Below, one piece after another: positions 30,308 through 39,567 of a stretch of 60,054 nucleotides of DNA (within the stretch, counting starts at the first letter, position 1; each line of letters starts with the position of its first letter). Position numbers and translations under genes: made by a program. Origin of the DNA: Gemmatimonadales bacterium (lineage in GTDB: Bacteria; Gemmatimonadota; Gemmatimonadetes; Gemmatimonadales; GWC2-71-9); assembly GCA_046262715.1 (NCBI GenBank), contig JBHEMG010000129.1, forward strand, positions 1 through 60,054, given 5' to 3'. Under the pieces are notes generated by a model that worked only from the letters and a program-made list of their open reading frames with translations, had not been told where the DNA came from and did no database searches.

Positions 30308-30880
30308 ATGATGTGGGTGCTGCTGATAATCGTGGTGGTCGCAGTCGCGTGGGTGATCGGCGCGTACAACGGCCTGATCTCGCTGAAAAATCAAACCGTC
30401 AATGCGTTCAAGCAGATCGACGTGCAGCTCAAACGGCGTCACGATCTGATTCCCAACCTCGTCAATGCCGTGAAGGGCGCGATGGACTTCGAGCGCTCCA
30501 CGCTCGAAGCCGTCATACAAGCCCGCAATCAGGCCGTAAAGGTCAACGCGTCGGGCCCGGAAGCGATCAAGCAGATCAGCCAGGCGGAAAACGCGCTGTC
30601 GGGTGCGCTATCGCGGCTCCTGGTGACGGTCGAGCGCTATCCGGATCTGAAAGCGACCGGTAACATCGCCCAGCTCCAGGAAGAGCTCACATCCACCGAG
30701 AACCGCATCGCGTTCGCGCGGCAGCTCTACAACGACACCGCGACGCAATACAACACGAAGCAGCAGCAATTTCCCACGACGCTCGTCGCCGGTCTGGCGC
30801 ACGCCTCGCCGACGGACCTGTGGGAAATCGAAGATCAAGCGGAGCGCGCGGTACCGCAGGTTGACCTCTCCCGACGGTAA
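30308..30880 (+). CDS. lemA: LemA family protein
   Basis: YNGL, IDVQLKRRHDLIPNLV, ERYPDLKA, TENRIAFARQLYND. Confidence 0.95.
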   Translation: MMWVLLIIVVVAVAWVIGAYNGLISLKNQTVNAFKQIDVQLKRRHDLIPNLVNAVKGAMDFERSTLEAVIQARNQAVKVNASGPEAIKQISQAENALSGALSRLLVTVERYPDLKATGNIAQLQEELTSTENRIAFARQLYNDTATQYNTKQQQFPTTLVAGLAHASPTDLWEIEDQAERAVPQVDLSRR

Positions 30881-31856
30881 TCTCTTTCAGCAACAGGAAG
30901 CCAATCGCCGGCGCACGGTCTGGCTGGTGATTGGCTTCGTATTGTTTTTTGCCTGGCTCGGATTCGGTGGGGACTACGTCTGGGCGATGCAGGGCCAGCA
31001 CGACGTCCCGTGGGTCGGAATTGTTCTCACGACGGTCGCAATCTTCACCGTCTGGCACGCGTACAAGACCGGGCCTGAAAAAGTCTTGTGGGCGAGCGGT
31101 GCAGAGGAACTGATCGACCCGCGCACCGACAGCGAGCGCCTGGTGGCCAACGTCGTCGACGAGATGGCGATCGCCGCCGGCGTGCCGCGGCCCCGCATCT
31201 GGATCATCCCGGACGACGACCCCAATGCCTTTGCCACCGGCCATGATCCGCTCGATGCGCACATCGCCGTGACGCGGGGCCTGCTGCGGATCTGCAACCG
31301 CGACGAGCTCCAGGCGGTCGTTGGGCACGAGCTGGGACACGTCAAGAACCTGGACGTGCGCCTGATGACGACGCTCGCCGCGCTCGTCGGCGCCGTGCTG
31401 CTGGTCCGCGATGGCATGGGCCGGGCGATGCGCGGAGGCCTTCCCATCCGCGGCGGCGGTCGCAAGGGCAAGAACGCCGGTCCGCTCCTCGCCGCCCTGC
31501 TGGTGCTCTGGATCGTCTCCTGGATCGTGGCGCCGCTCGTCACGCAGCTGCTGGCTTTTGCCGTGAGCCGGCGCCGGGAATACCTCGCCGATGCGATGAG
31601 CGCCCAGTTCACGCGGAATCCGCTGGCACTCGCAAGCGCGCTCGAAAAGATCGAATCGGCCGTTGCGCCCACGGCTTCGATCAAACGGGGAGCGGCGCAC
31701 CTGTGCATCGCCGATCCGCTGGGCCGACGCTTCACCAACCGTGAAGGATGGCTGGCGGACACACTCGCCACGCATCCGCCCATGGGCATGCGGATTTCCA
31801 GGCTGAAGGGGATGGGCTACGCGCAGCTCAAACAAGAGGGAGTCTTTCCGGCGTAA
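30861..31856 (+). CDS. htpX: M48 zinc metalloprotease, HtpX-like
   Basis: PNAFATG, HELGH, SRRREYLADA, THPP. Confidence 0.9.
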   Translation: MTSPDGNLFQQQEANRRRTVWLVIGFVLFFAWLGFGGDYVWAMQGQHDVPWVGIVLTTVAIFTVWHAYKTGPEKVLWASGAEELIDPRTDSERLVANVVDEMAIAAGVPRPRIWIIPDDDPNAFATGHDPLDAHIAVTRGLLRICNRDELQAVVGHELGHVKNLDVRLMTTLAALVGAVLLVRDGMGRAMRGGLPIRGGGRKGKNAGPLLAALLVLWIVSWIVAPLVTQLLAFAVSRRREYLADAMSAQFTRNPLALASALEKIESAVAPTASIKRGAAHLCIADPLGRRFTNREGWLADTLATHPPMGMRISRLKGMGYAQLKQEGVFPA

Positions 31857-31859
31857 AAC

Positions 31860-32286
31860 ACGAAGCCCCCAAGACGGCGCGATAGGCCGCTTGGGGGCTC
31901 CGACACATCGGCTACCCGGAGTCGAGGACTTGCGTCCTTCGTTCTTCTCTCCGCCGCCACCTGTGGACTGATTCGTCCTCGGTAGGGCAAGCAGAGGCTC
32001 CGGCTTCCATCCCCAAACAACCCCGTCGGGTCGTCTGGTTCGCCAATGTGAGGCTACGGGTCAGATCGGGTCGCGGACCGACCTTCCGCACTGCACGTCG
32101 AGGCACTATTTCGACGTGGCTAAGGCAACGCGACTGGCCCCAGCTGTCCGACCCGGTGAGCAGCTCCCGGATCAACGAGCGCCTGAGCCCTTGGTTGCAT
32201 CGGCGCCCTCCCCGGAATTTCCGTTCGGACTCGCTTTGAAGGCGTTGTCAGGACGCCAGGTCCCAACCCTTCCCTTCATTGCGCGT
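31860..32286 (-). ncRNA. Candidate large structured ncRNA (~425 nt), family unknown
   Basis: Own promoter and terminator, at least 8 helices with G-U pairs on the minus strand, a GCAA tetraloop, no credible ORF. Confidence 0.72.
31864..31899. terminator. Probable bidirectional intrinsic terminator
   Basis: agcccccaag...cttgggggct stem; followed by GTGTTTT on the minus strand. Confidence 0.8.
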
Positions 32287-32292
32287 GAGATC

Positions 32293-32320
32293 AATATAGG
32301 GGCGGCAAAAAAGCGCGCAA
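32293..32320 (-). promoter_or_regulatory. Sigma70-type promoter of the candidate ncRNA
   Basis: TTGCGC-N16-TATATT. Confidence 0.7.
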
Positions 32321-32461
32321 GTGCCGATGTTTCTTCGGGTTAGCTCACTTCGATGTGCATTCGTTGTGGAGAGTAAAGACTGCGTCTGCAACCTGTTCCG
32401 CGCGTCTTCCACACGATGTGGAGTTGTGAATCCACAGCACGCACGTTCCCACATTGGGGCT

Positions 32462-33082
32462 TTACCCCTCGCTTGCCACTTCGCAGTACGCAAAGGGGTC
32501 GTTGGAATCGGCAGGAACGAATAGAAATCCTGCGCCACTCGTTGCAAACCAGCCGGCGAGCAATTGCGTCGAGCGTCCCACGGCAGGCTCTGCGAACAAC
32601 GCTTGGGTCCAGCGGCGAATGTGTCGCAGCTCAGGAGCGCGGCGTGACAGCAGGCTCAGCGCCGCGCCGAGCCCGTGCGTGGCGCGGAGAAAATGCGCCA
32701 TGGCGTGTCCGCGTTGAGCGAAGATGTACGAGCGGACTCCCGGCTCGTCATACAGCAGGGTAGCTTCGTAGGGGTCGGCGGGCGGCGCATCCATGCGGGG
32801 GCCGAAGTACACGAAGACCCGCGCGTCCCCATCGCGACGTTCGACGACAACCGCAGCGGAATCGGGTCCGAGCCGAGCCGCGTGCACCAAATCTTCGGCG
32901 CTCAGGATCCCGACTTGCGCGGTCCACTCGAGCGCGGCGAGCGCCTGGTCGAGCGGCAGGCCGATCGCGTCGTCGTAGGCGATCAAGCGCGGTGCTTCGC
33001 CCGCACGCTGAAAGAAATGGGCGAGCGCGTCGGCGCGATCTTCAAAGGTCCGCAGAATGCGGGACGTTGCGGGAACGGCCAT
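32462..33082 (-). CDS. Hypothetical protein
   Basis: 206 aa from ATG 33082; internal duplicated motif. Confidence 0.7.
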   Translation of the reverse strand: MAVPATSRILRTFEDRADALAHFFQRAGEAPRLIAYDDAIGLPLDQALAALEWTAQVGILSAEDLVHAARLGPDSAAVVVERRDGDARVFVYFGPRMDAPPADPYEATLLYDEPGVRSYIFAQRGHAMAHFLRATHGLGAALSLLSRRAPELRHIRRWTQALFAEPAVGRSTQLLAGWFATSGAGFLFVPADSNDPFAYCEVASEG

Positions 33083-33133
33083 CCGCAGATAATAACGGAG
33101 CAGGAATTCAACTGTTAGAGGAGTCGGCGGCGC

Positions 33134-33751
33134 ATGTTTGCTGAAATGGTGATGGTAGTCACGGTGGTCGCGTACCCGTTCATGCAGCAGGATACAAGCA
33201 CCCATAAAGACACGCTGCCGCCAGCGCCCGTGCCAGCACCGGTCATCGCTCCTCTGCCCGCTCCCGCCGTCGTGCCGGCGCCTCCCGCGCCCCCCACGTC
33301 TCCGCAACCCCCGGCACCGACCATCGAGCAGATCCGGTACATGGACGGGCTGAAGACCGCTACCCGGGGAGTGGCGCAGGTACGCGATGGGTTGAGCAGG
33401 GTCGTGCGCACGCAACAAGCGGGCGATTCACTGACGCGCCGCCGGGCGGCGCGGCGGCTGGGAGGGCTGTGCGGGAGTGGACGGTCCTTCATACTCAGCG
33501 GTCGTCCGAAGATGCAACCGGGCGCCTACGCGGATTCGTTGCGCGTCCTGGCCAAGCAGGTAACGCTACGCCTCGATTCGTTGAGTAGCGCGTTGCCGGT
33601 GTGTGAGCAGACCGCTGGCCGCGACCCCGCCACGGTCGCCGCAACGCTGACGACGCGACTCAAATCGTACGATGACGCGCTGGTCGCGTTCCGCAACGCC
33701 CAGGCGGCGCTCAACAAACCCGACAGCACCAAGGCTGTGATCCAGCAATAA
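33134..33751 (+). CDS. Hypothetical exported Pro-rich protein
   Basis: Hydrophobic N-terminus, Pro linker, helical domain with 2 Cys. Confidence 0.65.
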   Translation: MFAEMVMVVTVVAYPFMQQDTSTHKDTLPPAPVPAPVIAPLPAPAVVPAPPAPPTSPQPPAPTIEQIRYMDGLKTATRGVAQVRDGLSRVVRTQQAGDSLTRRRAARRLGGLCGSGRSFILSGRPKMQPGAYADSLRVLAKQVTLRLDSLSSALPVCEQTAGRDPATVAATLTTRLKSYDDALVAFRNAQAALNKPDSTKAVIQQ

Positions 33752-33792
33752 CAGCTTGACGCTGTTGAACTTACAACCACTCGTCGTCTTTC

Positions 33793-35772
33793 TTATGGTG
33801 TTGCTTGTTGTTTCGGCTCCAGCCTCAGAATCCAAAGTCCGGTATTGATGTCCGCCACGAAGATGTTTCCATCCCGCACCACCGCCCCCCACGCAAACGG
33901 CGCCCGGCGATGCCCCAGCGAGTCCACCGTCAGGATCCAGCTCAGCTCTCGTCCCTGACGCAGCAGGTCGCCTTTCAGCTCACCGGAGATGTCGACCGCC
34001 CGGGCGCCACCCTGATAATTGCCCAGGTAGAGCGTGTCGCCGACGACCCACACGTTGTGCACCCCGCCGTCAGTGGGCTCGTACCAGGCCACTTCGCGCG
34101 GTTTGCTGATATCCGACACGTCGATCACATGCAGGCGGCCAAACGTGAGGTTGTTGCCGTCCGTGAGCCCCTTGTAGGGATGCGCGGCGTACACTTCGTC
34201 GCCCACGAACACATACCGGCCCTGACGCCACGCGGTGTGCGTCCCGCGCACGAAGCCCGGGCCGAAGAGCTGGCCCACCCGCGCGTATACCGCGTTCAGG
34301 TCGTACTTGTACTGTGATACAAACTGCGGATTGGTCGGACTGCCGCCCTTCATGCCGTTGCCCACGTCCAGAATCACGAGACCGTCATTCCAGTACGCGA
34401 GATAGGCGAGGCCATCGACCACCATGATGTCGTGTAAATAGCGGCCCGCTTCAGTCTGCTCCGTTTGCCAGCGCGCCACTTCCTTGGGGTGCTGCGGATC
34501 CTGAATGTCGAGCACCCGCATCGAGCCGGTCGCGTCATCAGTGATATAGGCATGGCCCTTGTAGACGTACGAGCTGTGCACGCCGCCCGACACCGTTTGC
34601 GTGTATTCGGAGACGGGCTTGGGGTGACAAGGGTTGCTCGCGTCGAACACGACGATGCCGTTCTTGCGATCCGACGCGCCTTCGCGCGAGAACACGCCGT
34701 ACTTGCCGTCCTCCGTCGTCATCACGTCATTGACGATGCGCGCGTTCGTCATCATGGAGTCGACGATCTTGGGACGTGTGACATCGGTGATGTCGATCGC
34801 GTACACGCGATCGGCGATGGTCGAGAGGTACGCGCATGTGCCGGACGGATGCACCCATATTTCGGCGCTGCTCATCGTAATCGGGACACGGCCCCGGACC
34901 TCGATTCCGCGGCCGACCTCGCGCGGCACCACGCGCACGACTGCGTCCGCTTCCTTCCCCCCTACCGACGCGGTCACCGTATAGCTGCCCGGCAGCTCGG
35001 CAACGAATGTCCCGCTCGGATCGATCTCCGAGAGACCGGGGCCGGCGCTGACCGCCCATTCGACTGCCACGTCACCCACTGCACGGCCGGCCGCGGTGCG
35101 CGACGTCGCAGTGAACTTCACCACATCGCCGGTGCGGACCGAGGCGCTCGCGGGCTCGACCGCGATGCGCGCGACATTGTTCGGGAGCACCTGCAGCGCG
35201 AGCGTTTCCGTTGCGGGACCGGACGTCGCGGTGATGGTGGCGCGTCCCGCGGCGAGCGCGCGCAGGCGGCCATCGCTCGTGACTGCTGCGATCCGCGGGT
35301 TACTGGACGTGAACGCCACGGGCTCGGCGCGTCGGTCGCCATGCCGCGAGAACGCAGCTGCGGACAGCGTGAGCCGCGACCCCGCCACCAGCCGGGTCGG
35401 GCGCGGATCGACGACGATCCGGGCCGCGGGTTCGGGCAATACGTGAACGAGCGCCACCCCAAATACCTGACTGCCTTCCACCCCGGGGATGAAGGACACC
35501 GCAGTGACGCGCGCATAACCCTGATACCCGCCCGTGAAGACACCCGTCGAATCCACGTCCCCCACATCCCCACCGACGAACCATTCGAGCTGGGCATTCG
35601 GCACGACTTGCCCCGATGCATCGAGCGCGCGCGCAGTGAATTTCAGTTTGCCGCCGATCGGCACTTCGCCGCCGGTGGGCTCGACTTCAACTTTCGTGAT
35701 TGGTTGCCGGGGTGCGGTGGTGCTGGTGGGTTGTTGCAGTACCACTAACGACAGTAAGGCGTGCAGCAACAT
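33793..35772 (-). CDS. Secreted Ig-like (Big_2) + LVIVD-repeat protein
   Basis: Signal peptide, three Ig-like repeats, GLVILDV and LHVIDVSD repeats; GGAGG upstream. Confidence 0.85.
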   Translation of the reverse strand: MLLHALLSLVVLQQPTSTTAPRQPITKVEVEPTGGEVPIGGKLKFTARALDASGQVVPNAQLEWFVGGDVGDVDSTGVFTGGYQGYARVTAVSFIPGVEGSQVFGVALVHVLPEPAARIVVDPRPTRLVAGSRLTLSAAAFSRHGDRRAEPVAFTSSNPRIAAVTSDGRLRALAAGRATITATSGPATETLALQVLPNNVARIAVEPASASVRTGDVVKFTATSRTAAGRAVGDVAVEWAVSAGPGLSEIDPSGTFVAELPGSYTVTASVGGKEADAVVRVVPREVGRGIEVRGRVPITMSSAEIWVHPSGTCAYLSTIADRVYAIDITDVTRPKIVDSMMTNARIVNDVMTTEDGKYGVFSREGASDRKNGIVVFDASNPCHPKPVSEYTQTVSGGVHSSYVYKGHAYITDDATGSMRVLDIQDPQHPKEVARWQTEQTEAGRYLHDIMVVDGLAYLAYWNDGLVILDVGNGMKGGSPTNPQFVSQYKYDLNAVYARVGQLFGPGFVRGTHTAWRQGRYVFVGDEVYAAHPYKGLTDGNNLTFGRLHVIDVSDISKPREVAWYEPTDGGVHNVWVVGDTLYLGNYQGGARAVDISGELKGDLLRQGRELSWILTVDSLGHRRAPFAWGAVVRDGNIFVADINTGLWILRLEPKQQATP

Positions 35773-35909
35773 GAGAAGGCCTCCGCGGCGGCTGTTGAGG
35801 GGAGACGGAGGTTACCGGCCCACGGCGGAGAACGGAAGGGTGTGTCGAACGCGGTGTGGTGTCATAAAGCTGTCAGCATACTGAAGTTAGGACGAAACGG
35901 CAGTCCTGA

Positions 35910-35938
35910 TTGACAGGTTCTAGCACGTTCCATACTTT
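35910..35938 (+). promoter_or_regulatory. Sigma70 promoter of the cold-shock gene
   Basis: TTGACA-N17-TACTTT. Confidence 0.8.
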
Positions 35939-36095
35939 TGCCAGCGGTTCAAGCATACGTGGCACCGTCACCGGCTGTCTGCGCTTCCGCGAGGACCATA
36001 TGTCTCGCGGTTTTTGTTTGAGCCCGTCCCCTGCCGCGGTGGCCTGGGTCGATCCAGTCCGGGGCTGTGCCCCCAAGTGCTGAGGTCTTAACAGT

Positions 36096-36296
36096 ATGGC
36101 TAAGGGTAAGGTGAAGTGGTTCAACGACGCGAAGGGCTTTGGCTTTATCGCGCAGGAGTCGGGTCCGGACGTGTTCGTCCACTTCACAGCCATCCAGGCT
36201 GAGGGCTTCCGCAGCCTCGCCGAGGGCGACAACGTCGAATTCGATGTCGCTCAGGGTCCCAAGGGTCTGCAGGCGCAGAACGTTCGTAAGGCCTAA
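36096..36296 (+). CDS. cspA: Cold-shock protein
   Basis: GKVKWFN..KGFGFI, DVFVHF. Confidence 0.97.
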   Translation: MAKGKVKWFNDAKGFGFIAQESGPDVFVHFTAIQAEGFRSLAEGDNVEFDVAQGPKGLQAQNVRKA

Positions 36297-36318
36297 CCGA
36301 GTTGCAGGGATGTGAGCC

Positions 36319-36349
36319 ACGGGCCTGGGGGAACTCTCCCCGGGCCCGT
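36319..36349 (+). terminator. Hairpin after the csp gene
   Basis: acgggcctggggga...tccccgggcccgt. Confidence 0.7.
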
Positions 36350-36372
36350 TCGCTTGGGCGTATATTGGCCGC

Positions 36373-36924
36373 ATGCGGCTCCCGTGGACCATCGTAGCGC
36401 TGTGCGTCGCGGTCGCTCCCGCCGTCGCTTCGCAAGCGCGCACCTCGCCTCCCGCTGCACCCGTGACCTTTGCGGCAACGTATCGAGGCTTCACGCCCGG
36501 GCGTTCCTACCGCGAGTTCGCCGAGCGCGCTCGTGCGCTGGCGCAGCGCGATACGTTGCGCTGCAATACCTCCCGCAAGACCGCGCAGCTCATGGAGTGC
36601 GGCGTGCTGATTCGCGATCCGGGCGACAGCGCGCGCTTCTATCTCAGCGCGTACGTGCTCGAGGGCAAGATCGCGATGGTATCCTTCACCGACTCAGGCG
36701 GGCCGCCCCTGGTGCAGTGGGCACGGCGCGATCTGACGAATCGGTTCGGTCCGGCGCAGCGGCGCGAACGGAGCATGCTGGAATGGACCAGCGGCCGGCG
36801 CGTGGCACGGCTGAATTGGCGCGGCGCGGGCAACGCGCGCTGGATCTCGATCACGCTCCGGGACGACGACGTGATGGATCACATCTCGAAGTATGTGCAG
36901 CGACCCGTCAAACGGTCGCGATAG
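36373..36924 (+). CDS. Hypothetical secreted protein
   Basis: Signal peptide followed by a globular region. Confidence 0.65.
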   Translation: MRLPWTIVALCVAVAPAVASQARTSPPAAPVTFAATYRGFTPGRSYREFAERARALAQRDTLRCNTSRKTAQLMECGVLIRDPGDSARFYLSAYVLEGKIAMVSFTDSGGPPLVQWARRDLTNRFGPAQRRERSMLEWTSGRRVARLNWRGAGNARWISITLRDDDVMDHISKYVQRPVKRSR

Positions 36925-37840
36925 CCGCGCTCAGCAGATTCTCCGCCAGTTCCGCAATGCCCTGAGCACCAGCCAGCTGATCCATCCATCGCGGCGGCAA
37001 CGCCGTTTCGCCGTAGCGCGCACCGAGCAGCCCACCCGCCACGGCCGCGTTCGTATCGGTGTCGCCGCCGGCCTGCGCCAGATACAGCAGCGTTTCCTCG
37101 AGGCTGCGGTCGTGCGTGGCGAACCAGAATGCGATCTCCACGCAATGCACCACGTACCCGCCTTCGCCCGGTCGCGCGATCGGCAGCTCGCTCTCGGATT
37201 CGCGCGGCACCCGGTGCATCGCTTCTCGCAGCGCGCGGGGCGCGCGGTCGCCGATACGATGCAGCACTTCCTCGACAAAGTAGATGTTGCCGTGCAGCAG
37301 CTCGCGCGCGGCCAGGTTCACCGCGGCCGCGCCCCAGGTGCAGCGCTCGTCGGCGTGCGTGATGGCGGCTTGCTGCGTCGAAACGCGAATCAAGCGATCG
37401 ATCTCGTCGTGGTAGCGCAGGGCCACGGGAATGCAGCGCATGACGCTGCCGTTTCCCGCCGAGCGTCCGGGGTTCTCTTGATTCGCCAGACGGCCCGCCT
37501 CGAAGGGCTCCTTGCCGCGATCGATCAAGGTGAGCGCGCGCCTGGTCGTGACGCCGATGCCGCGACCATCCACTTTCATCCATTTCACCCAGCGGCGAGC
37601 GACATCGACTGCGTCAAAACCCTGGCGGGCAAGCAACGATTCGCCGAGCAGCAGCGTCATCGCCGCGTCGTCGTCGTATGGAGAGTTCTTGGGTGGCGCG
37701 GCCAGATCGGAAATGCCGGCCGGGAACGCTTTGCGGATCGCCTCGGCCGTCCCCATGTGCTCGGTCGGAACGCCTAGTTGATTGCCTGCTACGAGGCCCA
37801 GCAACGCGCCGCGGGCGCGAGAGACGAGCTGTGGGTCCAT
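36908..37840 (-). CDS. ADP-ribosylglycohydrolase family protein
   Basis: GALLGL..G, YDDD, AGNGSVMRC, GGDTDTNAAVAG. Confidence 0.92.
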   Translation of the reverse strand: MDPQLVSRARGALLGLVAGNQLGVPTEHMGTAEAIRKAFPAGISDLAAPPKNSPYDDDAAMTLLLGESLLARQGFDAVDVARRWVKWMKVDGRGIGVTTRRALTLIDRGKEPFEAGRLANQENPGRSAGNGSVMRCIPVALRYHDEIDRLIRVSTQQAAITHADERCTWGAAAVNLAARELLHGNIYFVEEVLHRIGDRAPRALREAMHRVPRESESELPIARPGEGGYVVHCVEIAFWFATHDRSLEETLLYLAQAGGDTDTNAAVAGGLLGARYGETALPPRWMDQLAGAQGIAELAENLLSAAIATV

Positions 37841-37863
37841 TGGGCCACAAACTAACACTCACC

Positions 37864-38667
37864 ATGGCCATCGTTTTAGGACTTGCCGGTCTCTATCTCG
37901 TTGTGACACTGCTGCTGTGGACGTTTCAGGAGAGGATCACCTTCCCTGCTCCGCGGGCGCCGCTGCCCGATCCTGCCCGCACCATTGGATCGGGCGAGAA
38001 GATCGAGCTGAAAATGAAGGATGGGACGCGCCTCGTGGGTTGGTACTTGCCGCCCCTCGACCGCCCACGACCCCCCTCGCCCGCCCTGTTGTGGTTCTAC
38101 GGCAACGGCGAGAACATCGCCGCCATCTCGCCCATCATCCGCGACTTCCGGCCTACGCATGCCGCGCTGCTCGTAGTCGACTACCCCGGCTACGGCGGGA
38201 GCGGCGGACGAACGACGGAAGCGGGGATGTATGAAGCCGCCGATCTCGCTTATGACGCAGTCGCAGAGCGAGCCGACGTCGACCGACATCGGATCTTCGC
38301 CTACGGGCGCTCGCTTGGCACCGCGGCCGCGACGCACGTCGCCGCTGCTCACGACATCGCCGGAATGATCCTGGAATCACCGTTCACGAGTGCGCGCGGC
38401 ATGGCGGCTCGCCACTACCGTCTGGTGCCGCCGTTCCTCGTCCGGCTGCGCCTGGACAATATCGGAACGATCCGACGCATTCACTGCCCGATTCTCATCT
38501 TCCATGGCACGGCCGACAAATTGGTTCCGATCAAGATGGGACGGGACGTTGCCGACGCTGCGGGCGGGCCGGTGGAATTCGTCATGATCGAGGGCGCGGG
38601 ACACAACGACACGTACGACATGGGCGGAAACGCCTACCGCGAGAAGCTCGCCGCGTTCGTCAAATAA
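37864..38667 (+). CDS. Alpha/beta hydrolase
   Basis: YGNGEN, DYPGYG, GRSLG, HGTAD, GAGHND. Confidence 0.92.
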   Translation: MAIVLGLAGLYLVVTLLLWTFQERITFPAPRAPLPDPARTIGSGEKIELKMKDGTRLVGWYLPPLDRPRPPSPALLWFYGNGENIAAISPIIRDFRPTHAALLVVDYPGYGGSGGRTTEAGMYEAADLAYDAVAERADVDRHRIFAYGRSLGTAAATHVAAAHDIAGMILESPFTSARGMAARHYRLVPPFLVRLRLDNIGTIRRIHCPILIFHGTADKLVPIKMGRDVADAAGGPVEFVMIEGAGHNDTYDMGGNAYREKLAAFVK

Positions 38668-39502
38668 CCACGACCGGCTCCAGCCGGTCCTTCTCCTCCT
38701 CGAATATTCGCTGCGCTTCGTCCAACGCCCGAATGACGTCGGGTTCCTCGGGACGCGGGTACTTGCTGCTCGGGGCTACCCGGCCCGTAAGCTTGCGCAC
38801 GCCCACGAGCGCGCGCGTAACCTCGCAGCGTCCTAGATCCCGATCGGTATGTCCGGCAACCAGCAGCTCCTCATACAGGGGAAGCGCGGCGGGGTCACCG
38901 AGGACATACAGCGACTCCAGGATCTTCGGCGCCAGAAACCTCCGCAGCATTTGATCTCCCCGAATCCGCTGAAACAACGCGATCACGTTGGTTGCCTGGC
39001 CGGGATAGTAGCGCGCGGCCTCCACAGCCGCTCCGACGAAGGCGTGATGCGCCCCCGGCGTCTGCAGATACCGCTCGAATAGTGGCCACGCGTCCTTGGG
39101 ATGACGCTCGGCGAGGGCAAGAAATGCAAAGTAGCGCCTGCCCAGCGGGGCCCCCGTGTCGGCGATAACGGTGCGCAGGCCGGCGACGCCCCAGCGCGCG
39201 CCCACGAGTGCCGCAGCCGCGCCGTGCTGCCACCGTTCGAGCTCCGGGACGCGGAACGTGACGATGTGCGGATCGAGGAAGGCGCGGCAACGCTCGAGCA
39301 CCGCGAGCAGCCGGCGATCGACTTCCGCAAGCGCCGGCTCGAGACCCTCAGTCCCGGCGCGCCGTGCGCGCGCGAGCGCCTCCCACCCAAGCTGGCCGAG
39401 ATTCAACTCTTCCCATTTTGCGTCGATCGCGGTGGCGTCGCGCGCGGCGAGAAGACTTTCGAGGCCCGCGGCAAATCCGCACAGCTGTCGAATCGCATCC
39501 AT
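38660..39502 (-). CDS. Hypothetical helical protein
   Basis: 280-aa ORF with protein-like composition. Confidence 0.7.
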   Translation of the reverse strand: MDAIRQLCGFAAGLESLLAARDATAIDAKWEELNLGQLGWEALARARRAGTEGLEPALAEVDRRLLAVLERCRAFLDPHIVTFRVPELERWQHGAAAALVGARWGVAGLRTVIADTGAPLGRRYFAFLALAERHPKDAWPLFERYLQTPGAHHAFVGAAVEAARYYPGQATNVIALFQRIRGDQMLRRFLAPKILESLYVLGDPAALPLYEELLVAGHTDRDLGRCEVTRALVGVRKLTGRVAPSSKYPRPEEPDVIRALDEAQRIFEEEKDRLEPVVVI

Positions 39503-39567
39503 GGTGATAATGTGGAAAGAGCGTGGATATTGCGCTATCCCATTCGCAGGCTTAACCTTGCCCGCTC

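Noticed and set aside
31860-32286. RNase P RNA, tmRNA or a riboswitch
   Set aside because: No GAGGAAAGUCC/P4 partner, no tRNA-like ends or CCA, and no same-strand downstream gene to regulate
31912-32343. Short ORFs 31912-32175, 32048-32239 and 32116-32343
   Set aside because: No RBS, no recognisable motifs, and they overlap dense RNA-like structure
33226-33320. Pro-rich repeat element
   Set aside because: Ordinary low-complexity protein linker
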